Positions 31,064-42,566 of a stretch of DNA of 64,000 bases are shown piece after piece. The notes beneath the pieces are model-generated. The model searched no databases and was not told the DNA's origin. It worked only from the letters and a program-made list of their open reading frames with translations. The stretch is from sequence record NC_054903.1. One strand, written 5' to 3'. This stretch comes from Enterobacteria phage GiZh. Each line of letters starts with the position of its first letter. The stretch's first letter is position 1. Position numbers and translations under genes: made by a program.

Positions 31064-34000
31064 ATGGCCGAGATTAAAAGAAAGTTCAGAGCAGAAGATG
31101 GTCTGGACGCAGGTGGTGATAAAATAATCAACGTAGCTTTAGCTGATCGTACCGTAGGAACTGACGGTGTTAACGTTGATTACTTAATTCAAGAAAATAC
31201 AGTTCAACAATACGATCCAACTCGTGGATATTTAAAAGATTTTGTAATCATTTATGATAACCGCTTTTGGGCTGCTATAAATGATATTCCAAAACCAGCA
31301 GGAGCTTTTAATAGCGGACGCTGGAGAGCATTACGTACGGACGCAAACTGGATTACGGTTTCATCTGGTTCATATCAATTAAAATCCGGTGAAGCTATTT
31401 CGGTTAACACTGCAGCTGGTAATGATATTACATTTACTTTACCATCTACTCCAATTGACGGTGATACTATCGTTCTCCAAGATATTGGAGGAAAACCTGG
31501 AGTTAACCAAGTTTTAATTGTAGCTCCGGTGCAAAGTATTGTAAACTTTAGAGGTGAACAGGTACGCTCAGTACTAATGACTCATCCAAAGTCACAGCTA
31601 GTTTTAATTTTTAGTAATCGTCTGTGGCAAATGTATGTTGCTGATTATAGTAGAGAAGCTGTAATTGTAACACCAGCGAATACTTATCAAGCGCAATCAA
31701 ATGATTTTATCGTACGTAGATTTACTTCTGCTGCACCAATAAATATTAAACTTCCAAGATTTGCTAATCATGGCGATATTATTAATTTCGTCGATTTAGA
31801 TAAACTAAATCCGCTTTATCATACAATTGTTACTACATACGATGAAACGACTTCAGTACAAGAAGTTGGAACTCATTCCATTGAAGGCCGTACATCGATT
31901 GACGGTTTCTTGATGTTTGATGATAATGAGAAATTGTGGAGATTGTTTGACGGGGATAGTAAAGCGCGTTTACGCATTATAACGACTAATTCTAATATTC
32001 GTCCAAACGAAGAAGTTATGGTATTTGGTGCGAATAACGGAACAACCCAAACAATTGAGCTTCAGCTTCCAACTAATATTTCTGTTGGTGATACTGTTAA
32101 AATTTCCATGAATTACATGAGAAAAGGACAAACAGTTAAAATCAAAGCTGCCGGTGAAGATAAAATTGCTTCTTCAGTTCAATTACTGCAATTCCCAAAA
32201 CGCTCAGAATATCCGCCTGAAGCTGAATGGGTTACAGTCCAAGAATTAGTTTTTAACGGTGAAACTAATTATGTTCCAGTTTTGCAACTTGCTTACATAG
32301 AAGATTCTGATGGAAAATATTGGGTTGTACAGCAAAACGTTCCAACCGTAGAAAGAGTAGACTCTTTAAATGATTCTACTAGAGCAAGATTAGGCGTAAT
32401 TGCTTTAGCTACACAAGCTCAAGCTAATGTCGATTTAGAAAATTCTCCACAAAAAGAATTAGCAATTACTCCAGAAACATTAGCTAACCGTACTGCTACT
32501 GAAACTCGTAGAGGTATTGCAAGAATAGCAACTACTGCTCAAGTGAATCAGAACACCACATTCTCTTTTGCTGATGATATTATCATCACTCCTAAAAAGC
32601 TGAATGAAAGAACTGCTACAGAAACTCGCAGAGGTGTCGCAGAAATTGCTACGCAGCAAGAAACTAATACAGGTACTGATGATACTACAATCATTACTCC
32701 TAAAAAGCTTCAAGCTCGTCAAGGTTCTGAATCATTATCTGGTATTGTAACTTTTGTATCTACTGCAGGAGCTACTCCAGCTTCTAGTCGTGAATTAAAT
32801 GGTACAAATGTTTATAATAAAAACACTAATAATTTAGTTGTTTCGCCTAAAGCTCTGGATCAGTATAAAGCTACTCCAACACAACAAGGTGCAGTAATTT
32901 TAGCAGTTGAAAGTGAAGTAATTGCTGGAAAAAGTCAAGAAGGATGGGCAAATGCTGTTGTAACGCCAGAAACGTTACATAAAAAGACATCAACTGATGG
33001 AAGAATTGGTTTAATTGAAATTGCTACACAAAGTGAAGTTAATACAGGAACTGATTATACTCGTGCAGTCACTCCTAAAACTTTAAATGACCGTAAAGCA
33101 ACTGAAAGTTTAAGTGGTATAGCTGAAATTGCTACACAAGTTGAATTCGACGCAGGCGTCGACGATACTCGTATCTCTACACCATTAAAAATTAAAACTA
33201 GATTTAATAGTACTGATCGTACTTCTGTTGTTGCTCTATCTGGATTAGTTGAATCAGGAACTCTCTGGGACCATTATACCCTTAATATTCTTGAAGCAAA
33301 TGAGACGCAACGTGGTACACTTCGTGTAGCTACACAAGTTGAAGCTGCTGCAGGAACATTAGATAATGTTTTAATAACTCCTAAAAAGCTTTTAGGTACT
33401 AAATCTACCGAATCGCAAGAAGGTGTTATTAAAGTTGCAACTCAAGCTGAAACCGTAGCTGGAACATCAGCAAATACTGCTGTATCTCCAAAAAATTTAA
33501 AATGGATTGTGCAGAGTGAACCTACCTGGGCAGCTACTACTGCAATAAGAGGTTTTGTTAAAACTTCATCTGGTTCAATTACATTCGTTGGTAATGATAC
33601 AGTCGGTTCTACCCAAGATTTAGAACTGTATGAGAAAAATAGCTATGCGGTATCACCGTATGAATTAAACCGTGTATTAGCAAATTATTTGCCATTAAAA
33701 GCAAAAGCTGCTGATACAAATTTATTGGATGGTCTAGATTCATCTCAGTTCATTCGTAGGGATATCGCACAGACGGTTAATGGTTCACTAACCTTAACAC
33801 AACAAACGAATCTGAGTGCCCCTCTTGTATCATCTAGTACTGCTACGTTTGGTGGTTCAGTTTCGGCAAATAGTACATTAACTATTTCTAATACTGGAAC
33901 GGTAACTCGTCTGATTTTTGAGAAAGGACCTCAAACTGGAACTAACCCAGCGCAGACGATGACTATTAGAGTTTGGGGAAATCAGTTTGGTGGCGGATCA

Positions 34001-34933
34001 GATACAACACGTTCTACTGTATTTGAAGTTGGTGATGAAACATCTAATCACTTTTATTCTCAACGTAATAAAGCTGGTAATATTACGTTTAGCATTAATG
34101 GTACTGTGATGCCAATAAATGTTAACGCTTCCGGTTCATTGAATGCGAATGGCGTAGCAACATTTGGTAGTTCAGTTACAGCCAATGGTGAATTCATTAG
34201 CAAGTCTGCAAATGCTTTCAGAGCAATAAACGGTGATTATGGATTCTTTATCAGGAATGATGGCGGCAGCACATATTTTATGCTTACTGCATCGGGTGAT
34301 CAGACTGGCGGATTTAATGGATTACGTCCTTTAGCTATTAATAATGCATCTGGTCAAGTAACTATTGGTGAAAGCTTAATCATTGCCAAAGGTGCTACTA
34401 TAAATTCAGGTGGTTTAACTGTTAACTCGAGAATTCGTTCTCAGGGCACTAAAACTTCTGACTTATATACCCGTGCGCCAACATCTGATACTGTAGGATT
34501 CTGGTCAATCGATATTAATGATTCAGCTACTTATAACCAATTCCCGGGTTATTTTAAAATGGTTGAAAAAACTAATGAAGTGACTGGACTTCCATACTTA
34601 GAACGTGGCGAAGAAGTTAAATCTCCTGGTACATTGACTCAGTTTGGTAACACACTTGATTCGCTTTACCAAGATTGGATTACTTATCCAACGACTCCAG
34701 AAGCACGTACCACTCGCTGGACACGTACATGGCAGAAAACCAAAAATTCTTGGTCGAGTTTTGTTCAGGTATTTGATGGAGGTAACCCTCCTCAGCCGTC
34801 TGATATCGGTGCTTTGCCATCTGATAATGCTACAATGGGGAATCTTACTATTCGTGATTTCTTACGAATTGGTAATGTTCGCATTATTCCTGACCCAGTG
34901 AATAAATCTGTTAAATTTGAATGGATTGAATAA
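31064..34933 (+). CDS. 34: Long tail fibre proximal subunit gp34
   Basis: 1289 aa, same as T4 gp34; first gene of the 34-35-36-37 block. Confidence 0.95.
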   Translation: MAEIKRKFRAEDGLDAGGDKIINVALADRTVGTDGVNVDYLIQENTVQQYDPTRGYLKDFVIIYDNRFWAAINDIPKPAGAFNSGRWRALRTDANWITVSSGSYQLKSGEAISVNTAAGNDITFTLPSTPIDGDTIVLQDIGGKPGVNQVLIVAPVQSIVNFRGEQVRSVLMTHPKSQLVLIFSNRLWQMYVADYSREAVIVTPANTYQAQSNDFIVRRFTSAAPINIKLPRFANHGDIINFVDLDKLNPLYHTIVTTYDETTSVQEVGTHSIEGRTSIDGFLMFDDNEKLWRLFDGDSKARLRIITTNSNIRPNEEVMVFGANNGTTQTIELQLPTNISVGDTVKISMNYMRKGQTVKIKAAGEDKIASSVQLLQFPKRSEYPPEAEWVTVQELVFNGETNYVPVLQLAYIEDSDGKYWVVQQNVPTVERVDSLNDSTRARLGVIALATQAQANVDLENSPQKELAITPETLANRTATETRRGIARIATTAQVNQNTTFSFADDIIITPKKLNERTATETRRGVAEIATQQETNTGTDDTTIITPKKLQARQGSESLSGIVTFVSTAGATPASSRELNGTNVYNKNTNNLVVSPKALDQYKATPTQQGAVILAVESEVIAGKSQEGWANAVVTPETLHKKTSTDGRIGLIEIATQSEVNTGTDYTRAVTPKTLNDRKATESLSGIAEIATQVEFDAGVDDTRISTPLKIKTRFNSTDRTSVVALSGLVESGTLWDHYTLNILEANETQRGTLRVATQVEAAAGTLDNVLITPKKLLGTKSTESQEGVIKVATQAETVAGTSANTAVSPKNLKWIVQSEPTWAATTAIRGFVKTSSGSITFVGNDTVGSTQDLELYEKNSYAVSPYELNRVLANYLPLKAKAADTNLLDGLDSSQFIRRDIAQTVNGSLTLTQQTNLSAPLVSSSTATFGGSVSANSTLTISNTGTVTRLIFEKGPQTGTNPAQTMTIRVWGNQFGGGSDTTRSTVFEVGDETSNHFYSQRNKAGNITFSINGTVMPINVNASGSLNANGVATFGSSVTANGEFISKSANAFRAINGDYGFFIRNDGGSTYFMLTASGDQTGGFNGLRPLAINNASGQVTIGESLIIAKGATINSGGLTVNSRIRSQGTKTSDLYTRAPTSDTVGFWSIDINDSATYNQFPGYFKMVEKTNEVTGLPYLERGEEVKSPGTLTQFGNTLDSLYQDWITYPTTPEARTTRWTRTWQKTKNSWSSFVQVFDGGNPPQPSDIGALPSDNATMGNLTIRDFLRIGNVRIIPDPVNKSVKFEWIE

Positions 34934-34941
34934 GAGGTATT

Positions 34942-36057
34942 ATGGAAAAATTTATGGCAGAGTTTGGACAAGGATATGTCCAAACGCCATTTTTATCGGA
35001 AAGCAATTCAGTAAGATATAAAATAAGCATAGCGGGTTCTTGCCCGCTTTCTACAGCAGGACCATATGTTAAATTTCAGGATAATCCTGTAGGAAGTCAA
35101 ACATTTAGCGCAGGTCTTCATTTAAGAGTTTTTGATCCTTCTACAGGAGCATTAGTTGATAGTAAGTCATATGCTTTTTCGACTTCAAATGATACTACAT
35201 CAGCTGCTTTTGTTAGTTTCATGAATTCTTTGACAAATAATAGAATTGTTGCTATATTAACTAGTGGAAAGGTTAATTTTCCTCCTGAAGTAGTATCTTG
35301 GTTAAGAACCGCAGGAACGTCTGCTTTTCCATCTGACTCTATATTGTCAAGATTCGACGTATCATATGCTGCTTTTTATACTTCTTCTAAAAGAGCTATC
35401 GCATTAGAGCATGTTAAATTAAGTAATAGAAAAAGCACAGATGATTATCAAACTATTTTAGATGTTGTATTTGACAGTTTAGAAGATGTCGGAGCTACCG
35501 GGTTTCCAAGAAGAACGTATGAAAGCGTTGAGCAATTCATGTCAGCGGTTGGTGGAACTAATAACGAAATTGCGCGTTTACCGACTTCATCCGCGATAAG
35601 TAAACTATCTGACTACAATTTAATTCCTGGTGATGTTCTTTATCTTAAAGCACAGCTATACGCCGATGCTGATTTACTTGCTCTTGGAACTACAAATATA
35701 TCTATCCGTTTTTATAATGCATCTAATGGATATATTTCCTCGACACAAGCTGAATTTACTGGGCAAGCTGGGTCATGGGAATTAAAGGAAGATTATGTAG
35801 TTGTTCCAGAAAACGCAGTAGGATTTACGATATACGCACAGAGAACTGCTCAAGCGGGACAAGGCGGTATGCGAAATTTAAGCTTTTCTGAAGTATCAAG
35901 AAATGGCGGCATTTCAAAACCTGCTGAATTTGGCGTCAATGGTATTCGTGTTAATTATATCTGTGAATCTGCTTCACCTCCGGATATAATGGTACTTCCT
36001 ACGCAAGCATCGTCTAAAACTGGTAAAGTGTTTGGGCAAGAATTTAGAGAAGTATAA
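34942..36057 (+). CDS. 35: Long tail fibre hinge connector gp35
   Basis: 371 aa (T4 gp35 about 372 aa). Confidence 0.9.
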   Translation: MEKFMAEFGQGYVQTPFLSESNSVRYKISIAGSCPLSTAGPYVKFQDNPVGSQTFSAGLHLRVFDPSTGALVDSKSYAFSTSNDTTSAAFVSFMNSLTNNRIVAILTSGKVNFPPEVVSWLRTAGTSAFPSDSILSRFDVSYAAFYTSSKRAIALEHVKLSNRKSTDDYQTILDVVFDSLEDVGATGFPRRTYESVEQFMSAVGGTNNEIARLPTSSAISKLSDYNLIPGDVLYLKAQLYADADLLALGTTNISIRFYNASNGYISSTQAEFTGQAGSWELKEDYVVVPENAVGFTIYAQRTAQAGQGGMRNLSFSEVSRNGGISKPAEFGVNGIRVNYICESASPPDIMVLPTQASSKTGKVFGQEFREV

Positions 36058-36061
36058 ATTG

Positions 36062-36086
36062 AGGGAGCCTTCGGGTTCCCTTTTTC
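36062..36086 (+). terminator. Hairpin gggagcc-ttcg-ggttccc followed by TTTTT after gene 35
   Basis: UUCG-loop stem then T-run; next gene has its own late promoter. Confidence 0.6.
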
Positions 36087-36088
36087 TT

Positions 36089-36096
36089 TATAAATA
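36089..36096 (+). promoter_or_regulatory. Late promoter TATAAATA for gene 36
   Basis: Exact TATAAATA 24 nt upstream of the gene 36 ATG. Confidence 0.75.
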
Positions 36097-36119
36097 CTAT
36101 TAAAATAAAGGGGCATACA

Positions 36120-36785
36120 ATGGCTGATTTAAAAGTAGGTTCAACAACTGGAGGCTCTGTCATTTGGCATCAAGGAAATTTTCCATTGAATCCAGCCGGT
36201 GACGATGTACTCTATAAATCATTTAAAATATATTCAGAATATAACAAACCACAGGCTGCTGATAACGATTTCGTTTCTAAAGCTAATGGTGGTACTTATG
36301 CATCAAAGGTAACATTTAACGGTGGAGTTCAAGTTCCGTATGCTGTAAACAACACAAACCTATGCGGTGTTTATCCAGGTAACGGTGATAATGCTACTTT
36401 TGCTGTAGCAAATATCGATATTGTTTCGTGGAATGGTATTGGTTTTAAATCATCACAAGGTTCAGCAGCTCGAACTGTTGTAATTAATGCACGTAATGGT
36501 GATATTAGTACAAAAGGCGTTGTGTCGGCAGCAGGTCAAGTAAGAAGTGATGCGGCTGCTCCTATAGCAGCGAATGACCTTACTAGAAAGGACTATGTTG
36601 ATGGAGCAATAAATACTGTTACGGCAAATGCAAACTCTAGGGTGCTACGGTCTGGTGACACCATGATAGGTAATTTAACAGCGCCAAACTTTTTCTCGCA
36701 GAATCCTGCATCTCAACCTTCACACGTTCCACGATTTGACCAAATCGTAATTAAGGATTCTGTTCAAGATTTCGGCTATTATTAA
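36120..36785 (+). CDS. 36: Long tail fibre distal connector gp36
   Basis: 221 aa as in T4 gp36. Confidence 0.9.
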   Translation: MADLKVGSTTGGSVIWHQGNFPLNPAGDDVLYKSFKIYSEYNKPQAADNDFVSKANGGTYASKVTFNGGVQVPYAVNNTNLCGVYPGNGDNATFAVANIDIVSWNGIGFKSSQGSAARTVVINARNGDISTKGVVSAAGQVRSDAAAPIAANDLTRKDYVDGAINTVTANANSRVLRSGDTMIGNLTAPNFFSQNPASQPSHVPRFDQIVIKDSVQDFGYY

Positions 36786-36793
36786 GAGGACTT

Positions 36794-39700
36794 ATGGCTA
36801 CTTTAAAACAAATACAATTTAAAAGAAGCAAAACCGCAGGTGCACGTCCTGCTGCTTCAGTATTAGCCGAAGGTGAATTGGCTATAAACTTAAAAGATAG
36901 AACAATTTTTACTAAAGATGATTCAGGAAATATCATCGATTTAAGCATTTCTGCTGGTGGTAATATCAGTGGTAATATTACTCAAACTGGTGATTATACA
37001 CAGACTGGAAAATTTAATTTAATTGGTCCGCAAATTGTAGAAAGCGGTGGATATATTGAGTTTAATTATCGTACTACTGGAAGTGGGGCTTGGTCCGGTC
37101 AACATACTGCGAAAGCTCCAATTTTTGTAGATTTAAGCTCAGCTACTTCCACATCTGAATATAATCCTATAATTAAACAGCGCTTTAAAGATGGAACTTT
37201 TTCATTAGGTACTTTAGTTTCTGAAGGTTCGTTGAAGATTCATTATATCAATGAATCTGGCGATTCGAAATATTGGACGTTTCGACGTGACGGCGGATTT
37301 ACTGTTGACGGTGGAGGTTTAGGAGTATCAGGAGGTAGTATAACTACATCTGGAAATATTGCAGCTCTCGGAAATATTACTTCGCCTCAGATTAATACTA
37401 AAAATATTATTTTAGATACAAAAGCATTTGGACAATACGATTCGCAGTCATTAGTTCAATATGTTTATCCTGGAACCGGTGAAGAAAACGGTATAAACTA
37501 TCTTCGTAAAGTTCGAGCTAAATCAGGCGGAACTATTTACCATGAAATCGCTTCAGCTCAAACCGGTAAAAATGATGAAATTTCTTGGTGGACCGGAAAT
37601 ACACTTACTACTAAATTAATGGGTCTTCGTAATGATGGCGCAATGGTATTACGTCGTTCACTTGCTATTGGCACAATTACCACTGACGAAAATACTAACA
37701 ACTATGGTTCTCCTACTCCAATGGGAGAAAGATATATTGCTTTGGGCGATGCTGCCACTGGTTTAAAATACATTAAGCAGGGCGTTTATGATTTAGTAGG
37801 TAATTGGAATTCTGTTGCGTCTATTACTCCTGATAGTTTCCGTAGTACTCGTAAAGCGATATTTGGACGTTCAGAAGACCAAGGCGGAACCTGGACAATG
37901 CCTGGAACGAACGCTGCCTTTTTATCAGTTCAAACACAGGCTGATGAAAACACTGCTGGAGACGGCCAGACGCATATTGGCTATAACTCAGGCGGAAAAA
38001 TGAACCACTATTTCCGTGGTAAAGGCAAAACTAATATTAATACTCAGGAAGGTATGGAAGTTAATCCGGGTATTTTGAAATTGGTAACTGGCTCTAATAA
38101 TGTAATGTTTTATGCTGATGGCGGTATTACATCTGTTAAGCAGCTTTCAATATATAATGGCATATATTTAGCAGCTAATAATTCTACTGCTGGGCTAACA
38201 TTCGCTCCAACTACTACAATTGATGGCACTAAGCAAATTTTGTGGGAAGGCGGTACTCGTGCTGGTCAGAATAAAAGCTATGTAACTGTTAAAGCATGGG
38301 GTAATTCATTTAACGCATCTGGCGATCGTAATCGTGAAACGGTTTTTGAAGTAGCTGATGGACAAGGATATTATTTTTATTCACAGCGTGTGGCTCCAAG
38401 TGGCTCTGAAACTACTGGGCCTGTTGTAACCCAGTTCAATGGACAAGTTAATGCTAGAGGAAGTATTATTACTGACGGAAGTTTTAAAGTTAATGGATTA
38501 AGCACTTTAGTCGGTAATGTTACCATGTCTAATGGTTTGTTTGTCCAAGGTGGTTCTTCTATTACTGGACAAGTAAAAATTGGTGGAACTGCTGATGCAT
38601 TAAGAATTTGGAATGCCGAATACGGTGCTATTTTCCGTCGCTCAGAAACAGCATTACATATTATCCCGACTCCTAAAGATGCCGGTGAAAGTGGTGGAAT
38701 AAGTAATCTCCGCCCACTTAGTATTAGTCTTAATAATGGTATGGTACAAATGCGCCATTCTGTTACGTTAGGCGATGATGGCGCTGGCGGTAATATGATT
38801 ACTGTGGACAACGATACCAAACTTGTTGTTGTTACTAGTCATAGTCGTATTTCTCCTAATTACCGTATGCAGGTAGGACAAGCAGCTTATATTGATGCTG
38901 AATGTACTGACACCGTTCGCCCGGCTGGCGCAGGGTCTTTTGCTTCACAAAATAATGAAAACGTTCGTGCTCCGTTCTATATGAATATTAATCGCACAGA
39001 TACAAGTACTTACGTTCCTATTTTAAAACAACGTTATGTTCAAGGAAATAGCTGTTATTCTTTAGGTACTTTAATAAATGGCGGTAACTTCAGAGTTCAT
39101 TATCATGAAGGTGGAGACGGAAGTTCAACAGGCGCAATTATAAAAGATTTAGGCTGGGAATTTACACGTTCTGGTGATTTTATATCTCCTAAGCGCATTT
39201 CTGCTGGGGGTTCAGTTTATTTAGGTACAGACGGTAACATTACTGGTGGTTCTGGTAATTTTGCCAACTTAAATAGTACAATTGAATCACTTAAAACTGA
39301 TATTGTTTCAAGTTATCCTATTGGAGCTCCGATTCCTTGGCCTACTGATACACCTCCTGAAGGTTATGCCATAATGGAAGGTCAAACATTTGATGTTGGC
39401 TTGTATCCTAAGTTAGCTGCGGTGTATCCTTCCGGCTCTCTGCCTGATATGCGCGGGCAAACTATCAAGGGTAAACCATCTGGGCGTGCTGTATTAAGTA
39501 CAGAAGCAGACGGTGTTAAGTCACATAGTCATAGTGCAAGTGCATCAAGCACGGATTTGGGTACTAAGACCACATCAAGCTTTGACTATGGTACTAAGAC
39601 GACAAGTAGTTTCGACTATGGTACTAAGACCAGTAATAATACTGGTGCTCATACGCATAGTTTGAGCGGTTCCACAAACACCGCCGGTGCGCACAGCCAC

Positions 39701-40015
39701 ACAAGCGCTCTTTATGCGGGAAGTAACAACTCTCCTGGTACTGGTTCTATAAGAGGATCCGCCGGTGGTGGTAATACGCTTGGAACTTCTTCTTCTGGGG
39801 CACATTCGCACTCTATATCTGGTACTGCTGCAAGCGCAGGCGCTCACGCGCATACTGTTGGTATTGGTGCTCATACCCATACTGTAGGTATCGGTGCTCA
39901 TACCCACACGGTAGCAATTGGCTCGCATGGTCATACTATCACTGTAAATAGTACAGGTAATACAGAAAACACGGTTAAAAACATTGCTTTTAACTATATT
40001 GTTCGTTTAGCATAA
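36794..40015 (+). CDS. 37: Long tail fibre distal subunit / receptor-binding protein gp37
   Basis: 1073 aa; C-terminal Gly/His-rich HxH boxes ([16 protein letters not shown]...) and C-terminus ...[11 protein letters not shown] typical of T4-type gp37. Confidence 0.9.
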   Translation: MATLKQIQFKRSKTAGARPAASVLAEGELAINLKDRTIFTKDDSGNIIDLSISAGGNISGNITQTGDYTQTGKFNLIGPQIVESGGYIEFNYRTTGSGAWSGQHTAKAPIFVDLSSATSTSEYNPIIKQRFKDGTFSLGTLVSEGSLKIHYINESGDSKYWTFRRDGGFTVDGGGLGVSGGSITTSGNIAALGNITSPQINTKNIILDTKAFGQYDSQSLVQYVYPGTGEENGINYLRKVRAKSGGTIYHEIASAQTGKNDEISWWTGNTLTTKLMGLRNDGAMVLRRSLAIGTITTDENTNNYGSPTPMGERYIALGDAATGLKYIKQGVYDLVGNWNSVASITPDSFRSTRKAIFGRSEDQGGTWTMPGTNAAFLSVQTQADENTAGDGQTHIGYNSGGKMNHYFRGKGKTNINTQEGMEVNPGILKLVTGSNNVMFYADGGITSVKQLSIYNGIYLAANNSTAGLTFAPTTTIDGTKQILWEGGTRAGQNKSYVTVKAWGNSFNASGDRNRETVFEVADGQGYYFYSQRVAPSGSETTGPVVTQFNGQVNARGSIITDGSFKVNGLSTLVGNVTMSNGLFVQGGSSITGQVKIGGTADALRIWNAEYGAIFRRSETALHIIPTPKDAGESGGISNLRPLSISLNNGMVQMRHSVTLGDDGAGGNMITVDNDTKLVVVTSHSRISPNYRMQVGQAAYIDAECTDTVRPAGAGSFASQNNENVRAPFYMNINRTDTSTYVPILKQRYVQGNSCYSLGTLINGGNFRVHYHEGGDGSSTGAIIKDLGWEFTRSGDFISPKRISAGGSVYLGTDGNITGGSGNFANLNSTIESLKTDIVSSYPIGAPIPWPTDTPPEGYAIMEGQTFDVGLYPKLAAVYPSGSLPDMRGQTIKGKPSGRAVLSTEADGVKSHSHSASASSTDLGTKTTSSFDYGTKTTSSFDYGTKTSNNTGAHTHSLSGSTNTAGAHSHTSALYAGSNNSPGTGSIRGSAGGGNTLGTSSSGAHSHSISGTAASAGAHAHTVGIGAHTHTVGIGAHTHTVAIGSHGHTITVNSTGNTENTVKNIAFNYIVRLA
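39853..39940 (+). repeat. In-frame tandem His-box repeats within gene 37
   Basis: About three copies of a 27-nt unit ggtgctcatacccatactgtaggtatc encoding GAHTHTVGI; a second repeat ([10 protein letters not shown] x2-3) lies at 39560..39640. Confidence 0.8.
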
Positions 40016-40020
40016 GGAGA

Positions 40021-40034
40021 GGGGCTTCGGCCCC
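40021..40034 (+). terminator. Hairpin ggggc-ttcg-gcccc after gene 37
   Basis: Perfect 5-bp GC stem with UUCG loop then TTCT; gene 38 starts 9 nt later so it may act as attenuator or stability element. Confidence 0.45.
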
Positions 40035-40042
40035 TTCTAAAT

Positions 40043-40594
40043 ATGAAAATCTATCATTATTATTTTGACACTAAAGAATTTTACAAAGAAGAAAATTACA
40101 AACCTGTTAAAGGTCTCGGTCTTCCTGCTCATTCAACAATTAAAAAACCTTTAGAACCTAAAGAAGGATACGCAGTTGTATTTGATGAACGTATTCAGGA
40201 TTGGATTTATGAAGAAGACCATCGCGGTAAACGGGCTTGGACTTTTAATAAAGAAGAAATCTTAATAACTGACATAGGAAGCCCGGTTGGTATAACTTTT
40301 GATGAACCCGGCGAATTTGATATATGGACTGATGATGGTTGGAAAGAAGACGAAACATATAAACGCGTTTTAATTCGCAATAGAAAAATTGAAGAATTAT
40401 ACAAAGAATTCCAAGTTTTAAATAATATGATTGAAGCTTCTGTCGCGAATAAAAAGGAAAAATTCTATTATAAAAACCTTAAGCGGTTCTTTGCTCTTTT
40501 AGAAAAGCATGAGCATTTAGGTGGTGAATTTCCTAAATGGCCTGAAAAAGAACAGAAGCCTTGGTATAAGCGTTTATTCAAGCATTACGTATAA
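40043..40594 (+). CDS. 38: Tail fibre assembly chaperone gp38 (T4 type)
   Basis: 183 aa as in T4 gp38 (not the longer T2-type adhesin); follows gp37. Confidence 0.85.
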   Translation: MKIYHYYFDTKEFYKEENYKPVKGLGLPAHSTIKKPLEPKEGYAVVFDERIQDWIYEEDHRGKRAWTFNKEEILITDIGSPVGITFDEPGEFDIWTDDGWKEDETYKRVLIRNRKIEELYKEFQVLNNMIEASVANKKEKFYYKNLKRFFALLEKHEHLGGEFPKWPEKEQKPWYKRLFKHYV

Positions 40595-40597
40595 ATA
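40590..40597 (+). promoter_or_regulatory. Late promoter TATAAATA for holin gene t
   Basis: Exact TATAAATA 18 nt upstream of the t ATG; AGGAGG RBS. Confidence 0.75.
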
Positions 40598-40614
40598 TCT
40601 TAAAAGGAGGGTCT

Positions 40615-41271
40615 ATGGCAGCACCTAGAATATCATTTTCGCCCTCTGATATTCTATTTGGTGTTCTAGATCGCTTGTTCAAAGATAACGCTACCGGGAA
40701 AGTTCTTGCTTCCCGGGTAGCTGTCGTAATTCTTTTATTTATGATGGCGATTGTTTGGTATAGGGGAGATAGTTTCTTTGAGTACTATAAGCAATCAAAG
40801 TATGAAACATACAGTGAAATTATTGAAAAGGAAAGAAATGCACGCTTTGAATCTGTCGCCCTGGAACAACTCCAGATAGTTCATATATCATCTGAGGCAG
40901 ACTTTAGTGCGGTGTATTCTTTCCGCCCTAAAAACTTAAACTATTTTGTTGATATTATAGCATACGAAGGAAGATTACCTTCAACAATAACTGAAAAATC
41001 ACTTGGAGGATATCCTGTTGATAAAACTATGGATGAATATACAGTTCATTTAAATGGACGTCATTATTATTCTGACTCAAAATTTGCTTTTTTACCAACT
41101 AAAAAGCCTACTCCCGAAATAAACTACATGTACAGTTGTCCATATTTTAATTTGGATAATATCTATGCTGGAACGATAACCATGTACTGGTATAGAAATG
41201 ATCATATAAGTAATGACCGCCTTGAATCAATATGTGCTCAGGCGGCCAGAATATTAGGAAGGGCTAAATAA
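40615..41271 (+). CDS. t: Holin T
   Basis: 218 aa as in T4 T holin; N-terminal TM segment (VAVVILLFMMAIVWY) and large periplasmic domain. Confidence 0.9.
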   Translation: MAAPRISFSPSDILFGVLDRLFKDNATGKVLASRVAVVILLFMMAIVWYRGDSFFEYYKQSKYETYSEIIEKERNARFESVALEQLQIVHISSEADFSAVYSFRPKNLNYFVDIIAYEGRLPSTITEKSLGGYPVDKTMDEYTVHLNGRHYYSDSKFAFLPTKKPTPEINYMYSCPYFNLDNIYAGTITMYWYRNDHISNDRLESICAQAARILGRAK

Positions 41272-41544
41272 TTATTTGTTCGTATACATCTCTAGATATC
41301 GATATACACCCTCAAAACCCTCGTTGAATTCGTCGATGAGGGTTTTCTTATCTTCTTGGGTTAATTCAGAAACAATTTTACGGAATGAATTTTGATTTAA
41401 CTTTCTACCTTCATGCGTTACTCCAATCTCATTCAGAAATGCAATAAAATTAGCACGATTTTCAACAATATCTTCTCTGGAAAATTTAATCAAAATAGAC
41501 GCAACAGTAATAATTTCACGAACTGTATCAATGTTTTTATTCAT
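41272..41544 (-). CDS. asiA: Anti-sigma-70 factor AsiA
   Basis: 90 aa; MNKNIDTVREIITVASILIKFSREDIVENRANFIAFLNEIGVTHEGRKLNQNSF matches AsiA as recalled. Confidence 0.9.
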   Translation of the reverse strand: MNKNIDTVREIITVASILIKFSREDIVENRANFIAFLNEIGVTHEGRKLNQNSFRKIVSELTQEDKKTLIDEFNEGFEGVYRYLEMYTNK

Positions 41545-41556
41545 TAACTATACCAC

Positions 41557-41709
41557 TCAATTAGTTGACTTTGTTATAATATCATCAGACGTTTGATTTG
41601 TAAACTGGTCTGTATTATTTTCTTCAAAAATTTTTTCTACGAATTCTTTGAACGACTCACGTTCCTGAGCTACATTATGCTCGATTACTTTTTCAAGATT
41701 ATGACTCAT
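41557..41709 (-). CDS. Small acidic hypothetical protein (50 aa)
   Basis: Unlisted ORF (below 60 aa) MSHNLEKVIEHNVAQERESFKEF...; start overlaps arn stop (ATGA). Confidence 0.35.
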   Translation of the reverse strand: MSHNLEKVIEHNVAQERESFKEFVEKIFEENNTDQFTNQTSDDIITKSTN

Positions 41710-41984
41710 TCGAAATAATCTTCAATTTCATAATCATGGACATAAATCATTATAGTTTTTAATACATCATCGATACTTTTTCCTGGAGCTGGAATTACGT
41801 AAAAATATCCTGCTTTTGAGAGGTCTTTATAAGTTCCAATCAAGAAATCATTATTCTCAAGATGCAGTTCTTCAACTAATTCATTGACAATTGAATGGTA
41901 TAAATTTGGTAGAAACTTATATAGCTTTTCTAGAATATCAATTTTGATTGTGTATTGAACCACGGACTGAGAATCAATAATCAT
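41706..41984 (-). CDS. arn: Probable anti-restriction nuclease Arn (McrBC inhibitor, DNA mimic)
   Basis: 92 aa acidic protein between asiA and motA, size and location as T4 Arn. Confidence 0.6.
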   Translation of the reverse strand: MIIDSQSVVQYTIKIDILEKLYKFLPNLYHSIVNELVEELHLENNDFLIGTYKDLSKAGYFYVIPAPGKSIDDVLKTIMIYVHDYEIEDYFE

Positions 41985-42067
41985 AGACCTTCCCCTTATG
42001 TTTCTGTTTGCGATTAGATTCTTTAAACGCTTTCTTCTTATCCTTATGAACAGAAGCTTTATTAAAA

Positions 42068-42286
42068 TTATGTTTTGCGACTAAATTGTTCATAGTGCTG
42101 AATTACCTCTCTCAAACATTTGCATGTGAATGAAAACTTTTTAGCTACACCACATTCAAATATATGTTCTCTTAAATCACGTGTATCGGTATATCCCATC
42201 TCAACAATAAAATGCCGTATTAGATTTTTATCTTTATCATTGAGAGAATTAAAATAATCAGATTTTGAATTAATTTCCCTGGCCAA
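42068..42286 (-). CDS. Hypothetical protein (72 aa)
   Basis: ORF in arn-motA interval; four Cys. Confidence 0.45.
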   Translation of the reverse strand: MAREINSKSDYFNSLNDKDKNLIRHFIVEMGYTDTRDLREHIFECGVAKKFSFTCKCLREVIQHYEQFSRKT

Positions 42287-42566
42287 ATTGAATCACCTTC
42301 AGTTGACGTTTTAGTTCTTTTATCATCTCTTCGTTCATCGCAATATAAAGATCGCGTAAAGCAGGCTTTAGCATTCCATTTATTGGGGAACTAAATGGAC
42401 ATACATAATCTTTTCCTACGAGCTTTTTAGTGAATTCCATATTACAGAACTGAAATGCCGGTTCATTGGCATAAATTCCCCATTTGGTTGACATCATTTT
42501 ATTGGCATATTCCAATGCCTGGATTTGATTCATAATTCCATCAATTTGAAACTTTTTAATATTCAT
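42270..42566 (-). CDS. Hypothetical protein (98 aa)
   Basis: ORF in arn-motA interval. Confidence 0.5.
   Translation of the reverse strand: MNIKKFQIDGIMNQIQALEYANKMMSTKWGIYANEPAFQFCNMEFTKKLVGKDYVCPFSSPINGMLKPALRDLYIAMNEEMIKELKRQLKVIQFGQGN

Noticed and set aside
38377-39934. Minus-strand ORFs of 147 and 119 aa inside gene 37
   Set aside because: Lie fully within the gp37 coding region on the opposite strand; composition is a by-product of the Gly/Thr/His-rich repeats
39540-39945. Possible CRISPR-like repeat array
   Set aside because: Repeats are in-frame coding units of gp37 (His boxes), directly adjacent without spacers; no cas genes
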